Program-made: the position numbers and the translations under genes
Source of the DNA: an uncultured Chloroflexia bacterium
GTDB lineage: Bacteria; Chloroflexota; Limnocylindria; Limnocylindrales; CSP1-4
Length of the DNA: 64,000 bases
Assembly (NCBI GenBank): GCA_963749705.1
Contig: CAVVNQ010000008.1
Span: 288,001-352,000, forward strand
Direction: 5' to 3'
Shown: piece by piece, positions 29,395-38,267 of the stretch
How the letters are laid out: each line of letters opens with the position of its first letter
Numbering within the stretch: the first letter of the stretch is position 1
The notes under the pieces: generated by a model
Told to the model about the DNA's origin: nothing
The model's input: only the letters and a program-made list of their open reading frames with translations
The model's database searches: none

Positions 29395-29765
29395 CGCACG
29401 GTTCCCGACTGGCGGGTCGTGGTCACGACCTTGACCCGCGGGGTCGGCGTCGGCGGGACCACGACCGATGCCTGCGGCGGTGCCGTCTGGCCCGGCTTGA
29501 GCATGACCACGCGCGTGACGTGGATCACGGACGGACCGGGCGTGGTCGCGTCGGTCAGGGCCGCGATGTCGGCGACGGTCGCCGGGGCCGGCGTGACGGA
29601 CGGGAGCATGGCGCTGGCGATCGCCGATGCCGAGGCGATCCCCGCCAGCCCGACGAGGAGCCGCAGCGGGTTGGCGTCGGGCTTCGCGCGCACCGGTCGC
29701 TCGCCGGGGACGGCCCGGGGTGGCCGGGCGGCGGGCATGGGCCGAGGCGTCGGCAGCTCGGGCAT
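29391..29765 (-). CDS. small membrane-anchored P/T-rich protein ending TTTRQSGTVR
   Basis: Coupled to apbE by an ATGA overlap; one hydrophobic segment. Confidence 0.7.
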   Translation of the reverse strand: MPELPTPRPMPAARPPRAVPGERPVRAKPDANPLRLLVGLAGIASASAIASAMLPSVTPAPATVADIAALTDATTPGPSVIHVTRVVMLKPGQTAPPQASVVVPPTPTPRVKVVTTTRQSGTVR

Positions 29766-30052
29766 CAGTCGTCGCCCCCGCGCTCGTGCTCTCCGTCGTC
29801 GTCGCCCCGGCGCGAGGCGGTCGCCGGCTGGGTGACCGTGACCTCCTGCGGCGCCACGGGGGGCGCGACGTAGACCAGGTCGACCTGGAAGGTCGGCCCG
29901 GGGGCGGGGATGTCGGCCGTTGCGGCGGCCGGGACGACGGGCTCGGCGGCGGCCGGACCGGCGCCGGGCGTAACGCCCGCGACCACGAGGCCGACCGCAA
30001 GGGTCAGCGCGGCGACGAGCGAGCCGGCAAAGAGCGCAACTCGATGGATCAT
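29765..30052 (-). CDS. small exported protein with acidic/His tail
   Basis: GGAGG RBS, N-terminal TM, ends DDDGEHERGGDD; TGATG overlap with the next gene. Confidence 0.7.
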   Translation of the reverse strand: MIHRVALFAGSLVAALTLAVGLVVAGVTPGAGPAAAEPVVPAAATADIPAPGPTFQVDLVYVAPPVAPQEVTVTQPATASRRGDDDGEHERGGDD

Positions 30053-30119
30053 GGCGTGAGGACCTCCGGGAGGTGGCGGTGACGTGCTGCGAGCATCGCC
30101 GCACAGGGCGCACCGAGCC

Positions 30120-30138
30120 GTGAGGTCCGGATGAGAAT
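30120..30138 (-). promoter_or_regulatory. putative OmpR-family binding site
   Basis: ttCTCAt-ccgg-acCTCAc, 11-bp period, 23 bp before a GATGCT -10-like hexamer. Confidence 0.55.
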
Positions 30139-30198
30139 GCCCACAGACAAGGCGTCCGGCCCTCGACCAACCACCGGATCGCCCGCACAATGCCGGCC

Positions 30199-30873
30199 AT
30201 GCGAGTCCTGGTGGTCGAAGACGAGCCCAAGATGGCGGCCCTCATCAAGCGGGTCCTCGTGGCCGAGCGCCACGTGGTGGACGTCGCGCCCGACGGGGTC
30301 GGCGCGATGGCGCTCGCCGAGACCGGGCCGCACGACGTCGTGATCCTCGACCGGATGCTCCCGGACATCGACGGGTTCACCGTGCTCCGGCTGCTGCGTG
30401 CCAAGGGGATCGAGACGCCCGTGCTCATGCTCACCGCGCTGGGGTCGGTGGACGACCGGGTGGCGGGCCTCGACGCCGGCGCCGACGACTACCTCGCCAA
30501 GCCGTTCGCGTTCTCGGAGCTGCTCGCCCGGATCCGCGCTCTCGCGCGCCGGCCCGCAGCCCCGGCCGACGCCCGCCTGGCCGCCGGCGACCTCGCCCTG
30601 GACGAGCTCCGGCACGTCGCGCTGGTGGGCGACCGGACGGTCGACCTGTCGGCCCGCGAGTTCGCGCTGCTGGGGTTCTTCATCCGCCACGCCGGCCAGG
30701 TCGTGACGCGCCAGCAGATCCTCGACCAGGTCTGGGGCGCGGAGCCGGACGTGTACTCCAACGTCGTCGACCTGTACGTGTCGTACCTGCGCAAGAAGCT
30801 GGGCGAGCTCGATCGCGCCGACCGGCTGCGAACCGTGCGCGGCGTCGGCTACACGCTGCGGGCGGCGGACTGA
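30199..30873 (+). CDS. OmpR-family response regulator
   Basis: VEDE, LDRMLP, LTA, GADDYLAKPF, winged helix with TVRGVGY. Confidence 0.95.
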   Translation: MRVLVVEDEPKMAALIKRVLVAERHVVDVAPDGVGAMALAETGPHDVVILDRMLPDIDGFTVLRLLRAKGIETPVLMLTALGSVDDRVAGLDAGADDYLAKPFAFSELLARIRALARRPAAPADARLAAGDLALDELRHVALVGDRTVDLSAREFALLGFFIRHAGQVVTRQQILDQVWGAEPDVYSNVVDLYVSYLRKKLGELDRADRLRTVRGVGYTLRAAD

Positions 30874-30878
30874 CCGGG

Positions 30879-32183
30879 GTGGCGATCAGCCCCACCGATC
30901 GGCTGCTGCGCGCCACGCGCCGCCGGCTGTTCGTCGTCACCCTGACGCTGCTCACGCTGCTGGTGGTGGGGGTCGGGGCGGCGACGGCCGTGATGGGCCT
31001 CAACGCGCTCGACGCGGACGTGGACCGGGCGCTCCAGGCGACCGTCGACGCGACCGTGGCCACGCTGTCCGGCGAGCTGCCGTCGAGCGATGAGGGCGGT
31101 GAGCCCGACGAGCAGCAGCCCGCCGCGGCGGACACCGTCCTGCTGGTCCTCGACCCGAACGGCGCGGTCGTCCAGAACCGCACGGGCAGCGCGGTCCCGG
31201 GTCTCCCCGATGCCGACGTCCTGCCCGCGGCGAGGACCGCGGGGCAGGACCTGCGGACGATCCGCGCGGGCGGCCACAGCCTGCGGCTGTTGACGGTGCC
31301 GCTGACGCACGACGGCGCGCTGGTCGGGTTCGTCCAGGGCGGGTTCATCCTCGACCTCCACGACAGCCAGTCGGACAGCCTCGTGCTCGCGGTGATCACG
31401 GTGGGCGCGATGGGCCTCGTCGCCGCGGCATTGATCACGCTCCTGGTCACCGGGCGGGCCCTGGTCCCGATCCGGGACGGCTTCGAGGCCCAGCGGCGGT
31501 TCGTCGCCGACGCCTCGCACGAGCTGCGGACCCCGGCCGCCCTGATCCGGGCCAACGCGGAGGTGCTCGAGCGCGAGCGCCTGGTGGCGGCGGACGGGGC
31601 CCCGCTCCTGTCCGACGTCATCGCCGAGGCCGATCGCCTGGGCGGCCTGGTCGGCGAGCTGCTCCAGCTGGCCGCCTGGGACGAGACGCGCACCACGCTG
31701 TCGCCCGTCTCACTGGATCTCGCGGCGCTGGCGGCCGAGGTCGTCCGTGGCGCGAGCGCGCTGGCCGCGGAGCGCGGCGTCCGGCTCGAGCTCGAGGCTC
31801 CCCGACCGGTGGCCGCGACCGCCGACCGGGGACGGCTCGTCCAGCTGCTGCTGATCCTGATCGACAACGCCATCGATCATTCGCCGGCCGATCACGTCGT
31901 CGGGGTCCGGGTCACGGGCGACGGCCGCAGCGCGGCCATCGAGGTGATGGACGACGGCCCAGGCATCCCCCAAGCCGAGCTGGAGCGGATCTTCGAGCCG
32001 TTCAAGCGCCTCACGGGCACGACGCGGCACGGCTCCGGCGGCACGGGCCTGGGGCTCGCGATCGCTCGCCGGATCGTGGCGGCACACGGCGGGTCGATCC
32101 GAGCAGAGTCACCTCCCGGTGGTGGCGCCCGGTTCACCGTGGTGCTGCCGGCTGAGGGATCTCACAAGGTCCCCACAGGCTGA
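30879..32183 (+). CDS. sensor histidine kinase
   Basis: Two TMs, ASHELRTP H-box, N, DDGPG, F and GTGLGL boxes. Confidence 0.95.
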   Translation: MAISPTDRLLRATRRRLFVVTLTLLTLLVVGVGAATAVMGLNALDADVDRALQATVDATVATLSGELPSSDEGGEPDEQQPAAADTVLLVLDPNGAVVQNRTGSAVPGLPDADVLPAARTAGQDLRTIRAGGHSLRLLTVPLTHDGALVGFVQGGFILDLHDSQSDSLVLAVITVGAMGLVAAALITLLVTGRALVPIRDGFEAQRRFVADASHELRTPAALIRANAEVLERERLVAADGAPLLSDVIAEADRLGGLVGELLQLAAWDETRTTLSPVSLDLAALAAEVVRGASALAAERGVRLELEAPRPVAATADRGRLVQLLLILIDNAIDHSPADHVVGVRVTGDGRSAAIEVMDDGPGIPQAELERIFEPFKRLTGTTRHGSGGTGLGLAIARRIVAAHGGSIRAESPPGGGARFTVVLPAEGSHKVPTG

Positions 32184-32188
32184 TCACA
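32160..32188 (+). promoter_or_regulatory. putative OmpR-family binding site upstream of ferredoxin
   Basis: ctcaca / cccaca / atcaca at 32161, 32172 and 32183 (11-bp period); GACGCT at 32200. Confidence 0.5.
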
Positions 32189-32248
32189 CGACCATCGACG
32201 ACGCTCGCCGCGGTGACCCGCCAGGGTCCCGTCTCGAGGAGATCCGTC

Positions 32249-32539
32249 ATGGCCTTCGTCATCGCCGCTCCGTGCGTCGACCATTCCGACCAGGCATGCG
32301 TGGACGTGTGCCCCGTCGACTGCATCTGGGGGGACCTGGCCGTCGACCGCAAGATGTACATCGATCCCGAGGGCTGCATCGACTGCGGCTCGTGCGAGAC
32401 CGCGTGTCCCAACGGCGCGATCATGGCCGCGAACCGGTTGCCGGCCGACCTGGCCGACTTCGCCTGGGTCGATGCGACCTGGTTCTCGGATCCGGCCGCG
32501 GCACGCTCCGTCGTCGACGAGCTCGTGCCGGCGGCGTGA
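32249..32539 (+). CDS. ferredoxin (7Fe/FdxA type)
   Basis: C..CVDVCPVDC and CIDCGSCETACP; GAGGAG RBS. Confidence 0.92.
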   Translation: MAFVIAAPCVDHSDQACVDVCPVDCIWGDLAVDRKMYIDPEGCIDCGSCETACPNGAIMAANRLPADLADFAWVDATWFSDPAAARSVVDELVPAA

Positions 32540-32540
32540 C

Positions 32541-33341
32541 ATGGTGGTCGAGACCGTGCGTCGCCTGCCGCCACCGCGGGGCGCCGCGGCGGACCCCGTC
32601 ACCCCCAACGCCACGCTGGTCGAGCGCGACGACCTGACGGGTTCGATCGTTCGGCTGCGGCTGCGACCGGACGACGGGGTGCCCGCGTTCCGGCCCGGCC
32701 AGTACCTGGCGCTCGGGTTGCCGACCGACGGGCGCCTCGTCCAGCGACCGTATTCGACGGCATCGGCCGCCGGCGAGTCCGATGCCCTCGAGTTCCTGGT
32801 CCGGCTCGTGTCCGGCGGGATGCTGACCCCGCGGCTGTGGCAGCTGGCCTCCGGCGCCAGGGCCCACGTCGGACGCCCGAAGGGTCGGTTCGTGCCGGAT
32901 GCGGCCGATCCCCGGCGTCCGCTGTACATCGCCACGGGCACCGGAATCGCACCCCTGATGGCCATGCTCGAGACCCGGCTGCGAGAACGGTTCGACGAGC
33001 CGTCCCGGCTGCCGATCGTCATCCACGGCGTGGCGCGGACGGATGAGCTTGCCTATCGCGACCGGCTTGCCGCCCTGGCCGCCGGGCGCCGGATCGCGTA
33101 CCTGCCGGTGATCTCGAGGCCGGCCGAACCCGTCAACGCGGGCTGGCGCGGCGCGACCGGGCGGATCGACGCGCGGCTCCCGCAGGTGCTCGCGGCGGCT
33201 GCGACCGACCCCCATGCGTCGATCGCGTACGTGTGCGGCAACCCCGGCATGGTCGACGCGGTCCGCGACGTCCTGGGTGCCGCGAGCTTCCCCGCCGAGG
33301 CGGTCCGGTTCGAGGCGTACTGGACGACCCGGGCAGCCTGA
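32541..33341 (+). CDS. ferredoxin-NAD(P) reductase-like FAD oxidoreductase
   Basis: F.PGQY, RPYS, G.LT..L, ATGTGIAP, YVCG.PGM, FEAYW. Confidence 0.9.
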   Translation: MVVETVRRLPPPRGAAADPVTPNATLVERDDLTGSIVRLRLRPDDGVPAFRPGQYLALGLPTDGRLVQRPYSTASAAGESDALEFLVRLVSGGMLTPRLWQLASGARAHVGRPKGRFVPDAADPRRPLYIATGTGIAPLMAMLETRLRERFDEPSRLPIVIHGVARTDELAYRDRLAALAAGRRIAYLPVISRPAEPVNAGWRGATGRIDARLPQVLAAAATDPHASIAYVCGNPGMVDAVRDVLGAASFPAEAVRFEAYWTTRAA

Positions 33342-33360
33342 CCACGGGACGGCCGACCGC

Positions 33361-34707
33361 TCAGGCGGCGCCCTCGGCCCGCTCCAGGATCGGGGCGGGT
33401 GCGTCGAACAGCTGCGGGAATCGGGCCGCCAACGCGCCAACGGTGGTCAGGAGCACCAGCGCGCCGGATCCGACGAACATGGCCGTGGCGTTGACGTCGA
33501 CGAGCGCGCCGGCCAGCCCGATCGAAAGCGGGGTGATCCCGAACGACATCAGCATCGCGAGGGCCATGACGCGCCCGACCATGCCCGGATCGACCCGGGC
33601 CTGCAGCCAGGAGATGGCGATGATGTTGGTGTACCCGATCGCGACGCCCATCACGGCCAGCATCACGATCACCCCCGGCAACCAGTACAGGACCCCGACG
33701 ACGGCCATCGCGCTGCCGGACACGGCAAGCCCGGCCAGGATGACGCGACCCTGGTGGTCCAGCCGGACGCTGCCCGCGGCCAGGATCCCGATCAGGGCAC
33801 CCGCCGCCCACCCGGCCTCCATCAACCCGAGCCCGGTCGGCCCGGCGGCAAACCGCTGGCTTGCCAGCCAGGGCGCACCGACCGCGCCGGGACCGCTGAA
33901 TGCGAGGTTGAGCACGAACGAGATCAGCATCGTGGTCCGGATGGCGGGATCGGCAGCGACATAGCGCAGCCCGCCGATGAGGGCGGCCCGAAACGACGCG
34001 GGCGGCTCGGACACCGCCGTGGTGGACGCCGCACCGTCTTCGGCTGCCGCGGCGGCGGCGTCGTCCGCGGTCGGGACGGCGGGTCCTGCCGTGGCGGCGC
34101 GGGCGGCGGTCGAGATGAGGGCGACGACCACGGCCGCCACCGCGAACGACACGGCATCGACGGCGAACGCCGCGCTGGTGCCGGCGATCGCGATCAGGAC
34201 GCCGGCGGCGGGTGGCCCGACGATCGCGGACAGCTGGAGCGTGCCCTGGAGCAGGGCGTTCGCCGACGGCAATCGCTCCGGCCCGACCGTTCGCGGCAGG
34301 AACGCCTGCTGCGCCGGCATGTACAGCGCGTCCGCGGCGCCGAACAGGACGCCGAGCACGGCGAGCGCGGGGATCGACGCGGCGCCGACCGCCGCGAGCA
34401 CGGCGATCACGCCCACGATCCCGCCGCGGGCGAGATGCGCCGTCAGCATCAGGCCGCGCGCGGGGCGACGATCGGCGAGCACGCCGAGGGGCACGATGAG
34501 CAGCGCCCGGGGCACCCCGACCGCGATGAGCACGGTGCCCAGCGCGAGGCCTGACCCGGTGAGCGAGATCACCAGCCAGGACAGTGCGATCAGGTGGAAC
34601 TGGTCCCCGACCACGGACACCGCCTCGCTGGCCCACAGCAGGCGGAAGTCCCGGACGGCGAGCGCGTGGAGGACCGGCATCCGGCGCGCGGCGGCGATGA
34701 CGCTCAT
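33361..34707 (-). CDS. MFS transporter (DHA3-like)
   Basis: RDFRLLW, G.LADR, about 12 hydrophobic helices, GRVMA. Confidence 0.9.
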   Translation of the reverse strand: MSVIAAARRMPVLHALAVRDFRLLWASEAVSVVGDQFHLIALSWLVISLTGSGLALGTVLIAVGVPRALLIVPLGVLADRRPARGLMLTAHLARGGIVGVIAVLAAVGAASIPALAVLGVLFGAADALYMPAQQAFLPRTVGPERLPSANALLQGTLQLSAIVGPPAAGVLIAIAGTSAAFAVDAVSFAVAAVVVALISTAARAATAGPAVPTADDAAAAAAEDGAASTTAVSEPPASFRAALIGGLRYVAADPAIRTTMLISFVLNLAFSGPGAVGAPWLASQRFAAGPTGLGLMEAGWAAGALIGILAAGSVRLDHQGRVILAGLAVSGSAMAVVGVLYWLPGVIVMLAVMGVAIGYTNIIAISWLQARVDPGMVGRVMALAMLMSFGITPLSIGLAGALVDVNATAMFVGSGALVLLTTVGALAARFPQLFDAPAPILERAEGAA

Positions 34708-35114
34708 TCGAGCACGATCCGCACGCTGTCGCCGTCATCGTCGACCTCGATGACGGGGCCCCGGGCGCCGGAGCCGAGGGCGTGACGGACGCGGGCGACC
34801 TGGTCGCCCGACAGGCCCGGGACGCGATCCAGGGCAAAGCGCCCGACCGCGATCGGCAGCCGCAGGTTGACGACCGACCGGCCGCGCTCGCGGACCTCGA
34901 TCCGGAGCGTGGTGGCGCCCGCCGTGCCAGCCGGCGACGCATCGGCGCGCGACCCGGGCGGTGGGTTGGGCCCGAACCCGCCGGGCGGCTCCGATGCCCC
35001 CGGGCGCGGCGTGCGGTCGGCCTCGAGGGCGGTCAGGATCGGGCCCGCCTCGTCAGCCGTGAGACGGCCTTCGGCGACCAGGCGCAGCACCTGCTCCAGC
35101 GCATCGGCATCCAT
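34704..35114 (-). CDS. SHOCT-like domain protein (YvlB-like)
   Basis: VLRLVAEGRLTADEA..IL.AL, then LRIEV...VNLRLP. Confidence 0.75.
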   Translation of the reverse strand: MDADALEQVLRLVAEGRLTADEAGPILTALEADRTPRPGASEPPGGFGPNPPPGSRADASPAGTAGATTLRIEVRERGRSVVNLRLPIAVGRFALDRVPGLSGDQVARVRHALGSGARGPVIEVDDDGDSVRIVLE

Positions 35115-36265
35115 CAGAACGATCCCTCGTCATGGCGCGGTCCGGCGTCCTCGAGCGCTGCGAGCCGGCTGGACGCCGTCTCGATGTCGAGGTCACCGCG
35201 CTCCAGCGCCCGCAGGATGTCGAGCCGGGCCGCCTCTCGGCGATCCGCCTCGGCCGCCGATCCGGACGGCGAGTCGGGCGCCGGCGGGCGCGCGCCGGCG
35301 CGGACCAGGTTGGGTGCCGCGGTCGCTTCCGCGACGACCACGCCCCGGTCCGGCGGGGGGCCCGGGTCCGGCGGCGGGCCCGGGTCCGGCGGCGTGCCGG
35401 GGTCCGGCGGCGTGCCGGGGTCGGCCGGGGCTGCGGGCGCACCGGCACGCGCGGGTTCGGGCGCCGGCTCCGGTGCCGTGGGACCTTCGCGCAACCGGAC
35501 GTCGCCCGACATCGTGCGCACGCTGACGCGCACGTGCCCGTCGCCGACGATGAGCGTCCGCCGGCCACGACCCCCTTCCGCGCGGTGCTTGACCGTGGAC
35601 CGGACGTCGCCGGTCAGCGTCTGGGCCTCGAGGCGCACCTCGCTGCCGGTCGCCAGCTGGACGTCGCCACTGACCGCGTTGACGCGGTGCTCGAACCCGC
35701 CCGCCAGCGCGCCCACGACGTCCACGTCACCGCTCGTCGTCGACACGCGAAGCCCGAGCAGCTCGGGTGCCCGGATGCGGACGTCTCCAGACACCGATAC
35801 CACCGAGACCTCGATCCTGGCCGCGCTGTCGACGGTGATGTCGCCGGACATCGATTCCGCGGCCACGGCGCCGCCCTCGATCCGGAGCCGGACGTCGCCC
35901 GACGCGGAAGCCCATTGGCTGGCGCCCTCGATCCCGGCGGCATCGACATCGCCGCTCAGCGTCCGGACGTTCACGCGCGCCGTTCGTGGGACCTCGATGT
36001 CCAGGTCCGCCGTACGACGGGTGGAGACGCGCAGCGGCCCCAGCTGGAAGTCGGCGCCGGCATCCCTGATCCGGATGCCATCGGTGTTCTGCTCGATGAC
36101 GACGTGGTCGTCGACGGCCTCGCCGCCGCGGGTGCGGACGACGACGCGCGGCGCGTCCGCGCCCCGCAGGCGCAGCTCGTTCGAGGTGAGCGTGATCTCG
36201 ACCGCGCCGCCCGGTGCCAGCGGCACCTCGCGGATCGCGCGGTCGGTACCGGTCGTCTCGGTCAC
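35114..36265 (-). CDS. DUF4097 (toastrack) beta-repeat protein with C-terminal SHOCT-like helix
   Basis: Repeated xSGDV units; RLDILRALERGDLDIETA..RL. Confidence 0.85.
   Translation of the reverse strand: MTETTGTDRAIREVPLAPGGAVEITLTSNELRLRGADAPRVVVRTRGGEAVDDHVVIEQNTDGIRIRDAGADFQLGPLRVSTRRTADLDIEVPRTARVNVRTLSGDVDAAGIEGASQWASASGDVRLRIEGGAVAAESMSGDITVDSAARIEVSVVSVSGDVRIRAPELLGLRVSTTSGDVDVVGALAGGFEHRVNAVSGDVQLATGSEVRLEAQTLTGDVRSTVKHRAEGGRGRRTLIVGDGHVRVSVRTMSGDVRLREGPTAPEPAPEPARAGAPAAPADPGTPPDPGTPPDPGPPPDPGPPPDRGVVVAEATAAPNLVRAGARPPAPDSPSGSAAEADRREAARLDILRALERGDLDIETASSRLAALEDAGPRHDEGSF
35347..35424. repeat. 18-bp tandem repeat (PPDPG[T/P]), about 4.5 copies
   Basis: ggtccggcgg at 35347, 35365, 35383 and 35401. 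Confidence 0.85.
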
Positions 36266-36690
36266 GATCCCGTCCCTCCGAGCGCCCGGATCGCCGCTGC
36301 GGCTTCCTCGGCGCTCATCTCGTGGCGCGACAGGCGCTCGAGGATCTCGCGCCGTCCGACCGCGGGGTCATCCCCCTCGGGCGCGGCGCCGTCCGTGGCC
36401 GGCGCGGGATCGGCCTCGTCGCGCGGCCCGAAGCCGAGCGCCCTGACGAGCGCCTCGACGCGGGCCCGCACGGTCGGGTAGCTGATGCTCAGCTCGCGCT
36501 CCATGTCCCGCAGGTTGCCGCGGCTGCGGAGGAAGCTCTCCAGGAGCGATGTCTGCTCGCGGTTCAGGTGGCCGAACCGGCCGACGCCGAACTCCCCCTC
36601 GATCGTGGTGCCGCATTCGCCGCAGCGAAGGCGGGTGACGCTCAGCTCGTGCGAGCAGACGGGACAGGTGGCGATGACGTCGTGTGCCAT
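36262..36690 (-). CDS. DUF2089 family Zn-ribbon/HTH regulator with SHOCT-like tail
   Basis: CPVC...L.C.EC.T.IEG.F, F...RGNLRDMERELSISYPTVR.R. Confidence 0.92.
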   Translation of the reverse strand: MAHDVIATCPVCSHELSVTRLRCGECGTTIEGEFGVGRFGHLNREQTSLLESFLRSRGNLRDMERELSISYPTVRARVEALVRALGFGPRDEADPAPATDGAAPEGDDPAVGRREILERLSRHEMSAEEAAAAIRALGGTGS

Positions 36691-36769
36691 GGTTGGTCGC
36701 GGCCTCGTTGCTGGGTTCGATGCAGGCTTGCGGGTTGGCTGGTGATCCGGCTGCTGGTCGGCGCGCCCG

Positions 36770-36973
36770 TCAGGCGAGCCGGCTCCAGCGTCCCTGCGAC
36801 CAGGTGCCGTCACCGGCGATCCGGTCGATGGGCCGGGAGTAGAGCTCCGGACCGGCCATCGAGGGCGCCTCGCCGTCCGGCGACGCCGTCGACGCCGGCG
36901 CCAGGATCCAGGTCGCGAGCCGCCCGAGCAGGCCGGTGCGGCGCTGCGCCTGGAGATTGATGGTCGTCGTCAT
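36770..36973 (-). CDS. small hypothetical protein (67 aa)
   Basis: First ORF after the sigma70-type promoter; GGAGGG further upstream. Confidence 0.5.
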   Translation of the reverse strand: MTTTINLQAQRRTGLLGRLATWILAPASTASPDGEAPSMAGPELYSRPIDRIAGDGTWSQGRWSRLA

Positions 36974-37053
36974 GTTGGTTCCGAACACTGGGTGATCCCT
37001 CCGCGACCGCGAATTCGGTCGTCCTCTGTGGTATGTCGATCTGTTGTTCCCTA

Positions 37054-37082
37054 TTTCTAATACTGGCTTTCTCTTTTGTCAA
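37054..37082 (-). promoter_or_regulatory. sigma70-type promoter
   Basis: TTGACA-17 bp-TAGAAA in a conspicuously AT-rich patch. Confidence 0.7.
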
Positions 37083-37238
37083 GCCTGATTCTCTAAAGTT
37101 GTCTGGATGATCACAGATCGTGCGGCGCGATCGTGTGGACGACCCCACGCTGGCCGGCTGGCGGTCGGGGGCGCCGCGCTTGTATCGTGGGTGGCGGTGC
37201 CGGCGCGGGAACCGGTCGCACACGCACGGGGAGACGAT

Positions 37239-38267
37239 GTGACGGACTCGAGCGGCGTGGCCCTCGCCACGCAGGGGCTCGCCAAGCGCTACGGCCCCCG
37301 GGTCGCCCTCGACGGGCTCGACCTCCGGGTGCCGACGGGCGTCGTGTATGGGTTCCTGGGACCCAACGGCGCAGGCAAGACGACCACGATGCGGATCCTC
37401 ACCGGGCTGATCCACGCGGACGCTGGCCAGGTCGAGCTGCTGGGTCGGCCGTACCGCCGCCGCGACCGCCAGCGGCTGTTCGAGATCGGGTCGCTGATCG
37501 AGTCGCCGTCGTTCTACCCGTTCCTGTCCGGGCGCGAGAACCTCCGCTCGCTGGCCGCCACGGGGGCCCCCGTGCCGCGGACGCGGATCGACGAGCTGCT
37601 GACCCTGGTCAACCTGCGCGACCGCGCGGGCGACAAGGTCTCCGGGTATTCGCTGGGCATGAAGCAGCGCCTCGGGATCGCGGGCGCGCTGTTGAGCGAC
37701 CCGAAGCTGTTGCTGCTCGACGAGCCGGCGAACGGCCTCGACCCCGCCGGGATCGTCGGCATGCGCGACACGCTCCGCGGGCTCGCGGCCGCCGGCAAGA
37801 CCGTGTTCGTGTCCAGCCACATCCTGTCGGAGGTCCAGGTGCTGGCCGACGTGGTGGGCATCATCGCCCGCGGCCGGCTCGTCCGCGAGGGAACGATCGA
37901 GACCCTGCTGCGCGAGGAGGGTGCGGTCCGGATCCGCGTCGGCGCCGACGAGGTGGCCACAGCGGCACCCGTCGTCGAGCGGATCGCGGGCGAGGGAGCC
38001 GTCGAGCTGGAGGTCGGCCCGGAGGCCGGCTGGCTGGCGATCCGGATCGACCCGGACCGGTCCGCAGAGCTCAACCGGGCGCTCGCCAACGCGGGCGTCT
38101 ACGCCTCGCGGATCGAGGGCGGGACCACGCTCGAATCGCTGTTCCTGGAGCTGACCGGATCCGGGCCGGATCTCGGGGCTGGCGCCGGCGGCTCGTCGCA
38201 GCCGCCGCCGGTCACCTGGGCGTCCGATCCGGGCGCCAAGCCTGAGCCCACCGGGTGGTCGTCATGA
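37239..38267 (+). CDS. ABC transporter ATP-binding protein (BcrA-like)
   Basis: GPNGAGKT, YSLGMKQR, LLDEP, SSH. Confidence 0.93.
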   Translation: MTDSSGVALATQGLAKRYGPRVALDGLDLRVPTGVVYGFLGPNGAGKTTTMRILTGLIHADAGQVELLGRPYRRRDRQRLFEIGSLIESPSFYPFLSGRENLRSLAATGAPVPRTRIDELLTLVNLRDRAGDKVSGYSLGMKQRLGIAGALLSDPKLLLLDEPANGLDPAGIVGMRDTLRGLAAAGKTVFVSSHILSEVQVLADVVGIIARGRLVREGTIETLLREEGAVRIRVGADEVATAAPVVERIAGEGAVELEVGPEAGWLAIRIDPDRSAELNRALANAGVYASRIEGGTTLESLFLELTGSGPDLGAGAGGSSQPPPVTWASDPGAKPEPTGWSS

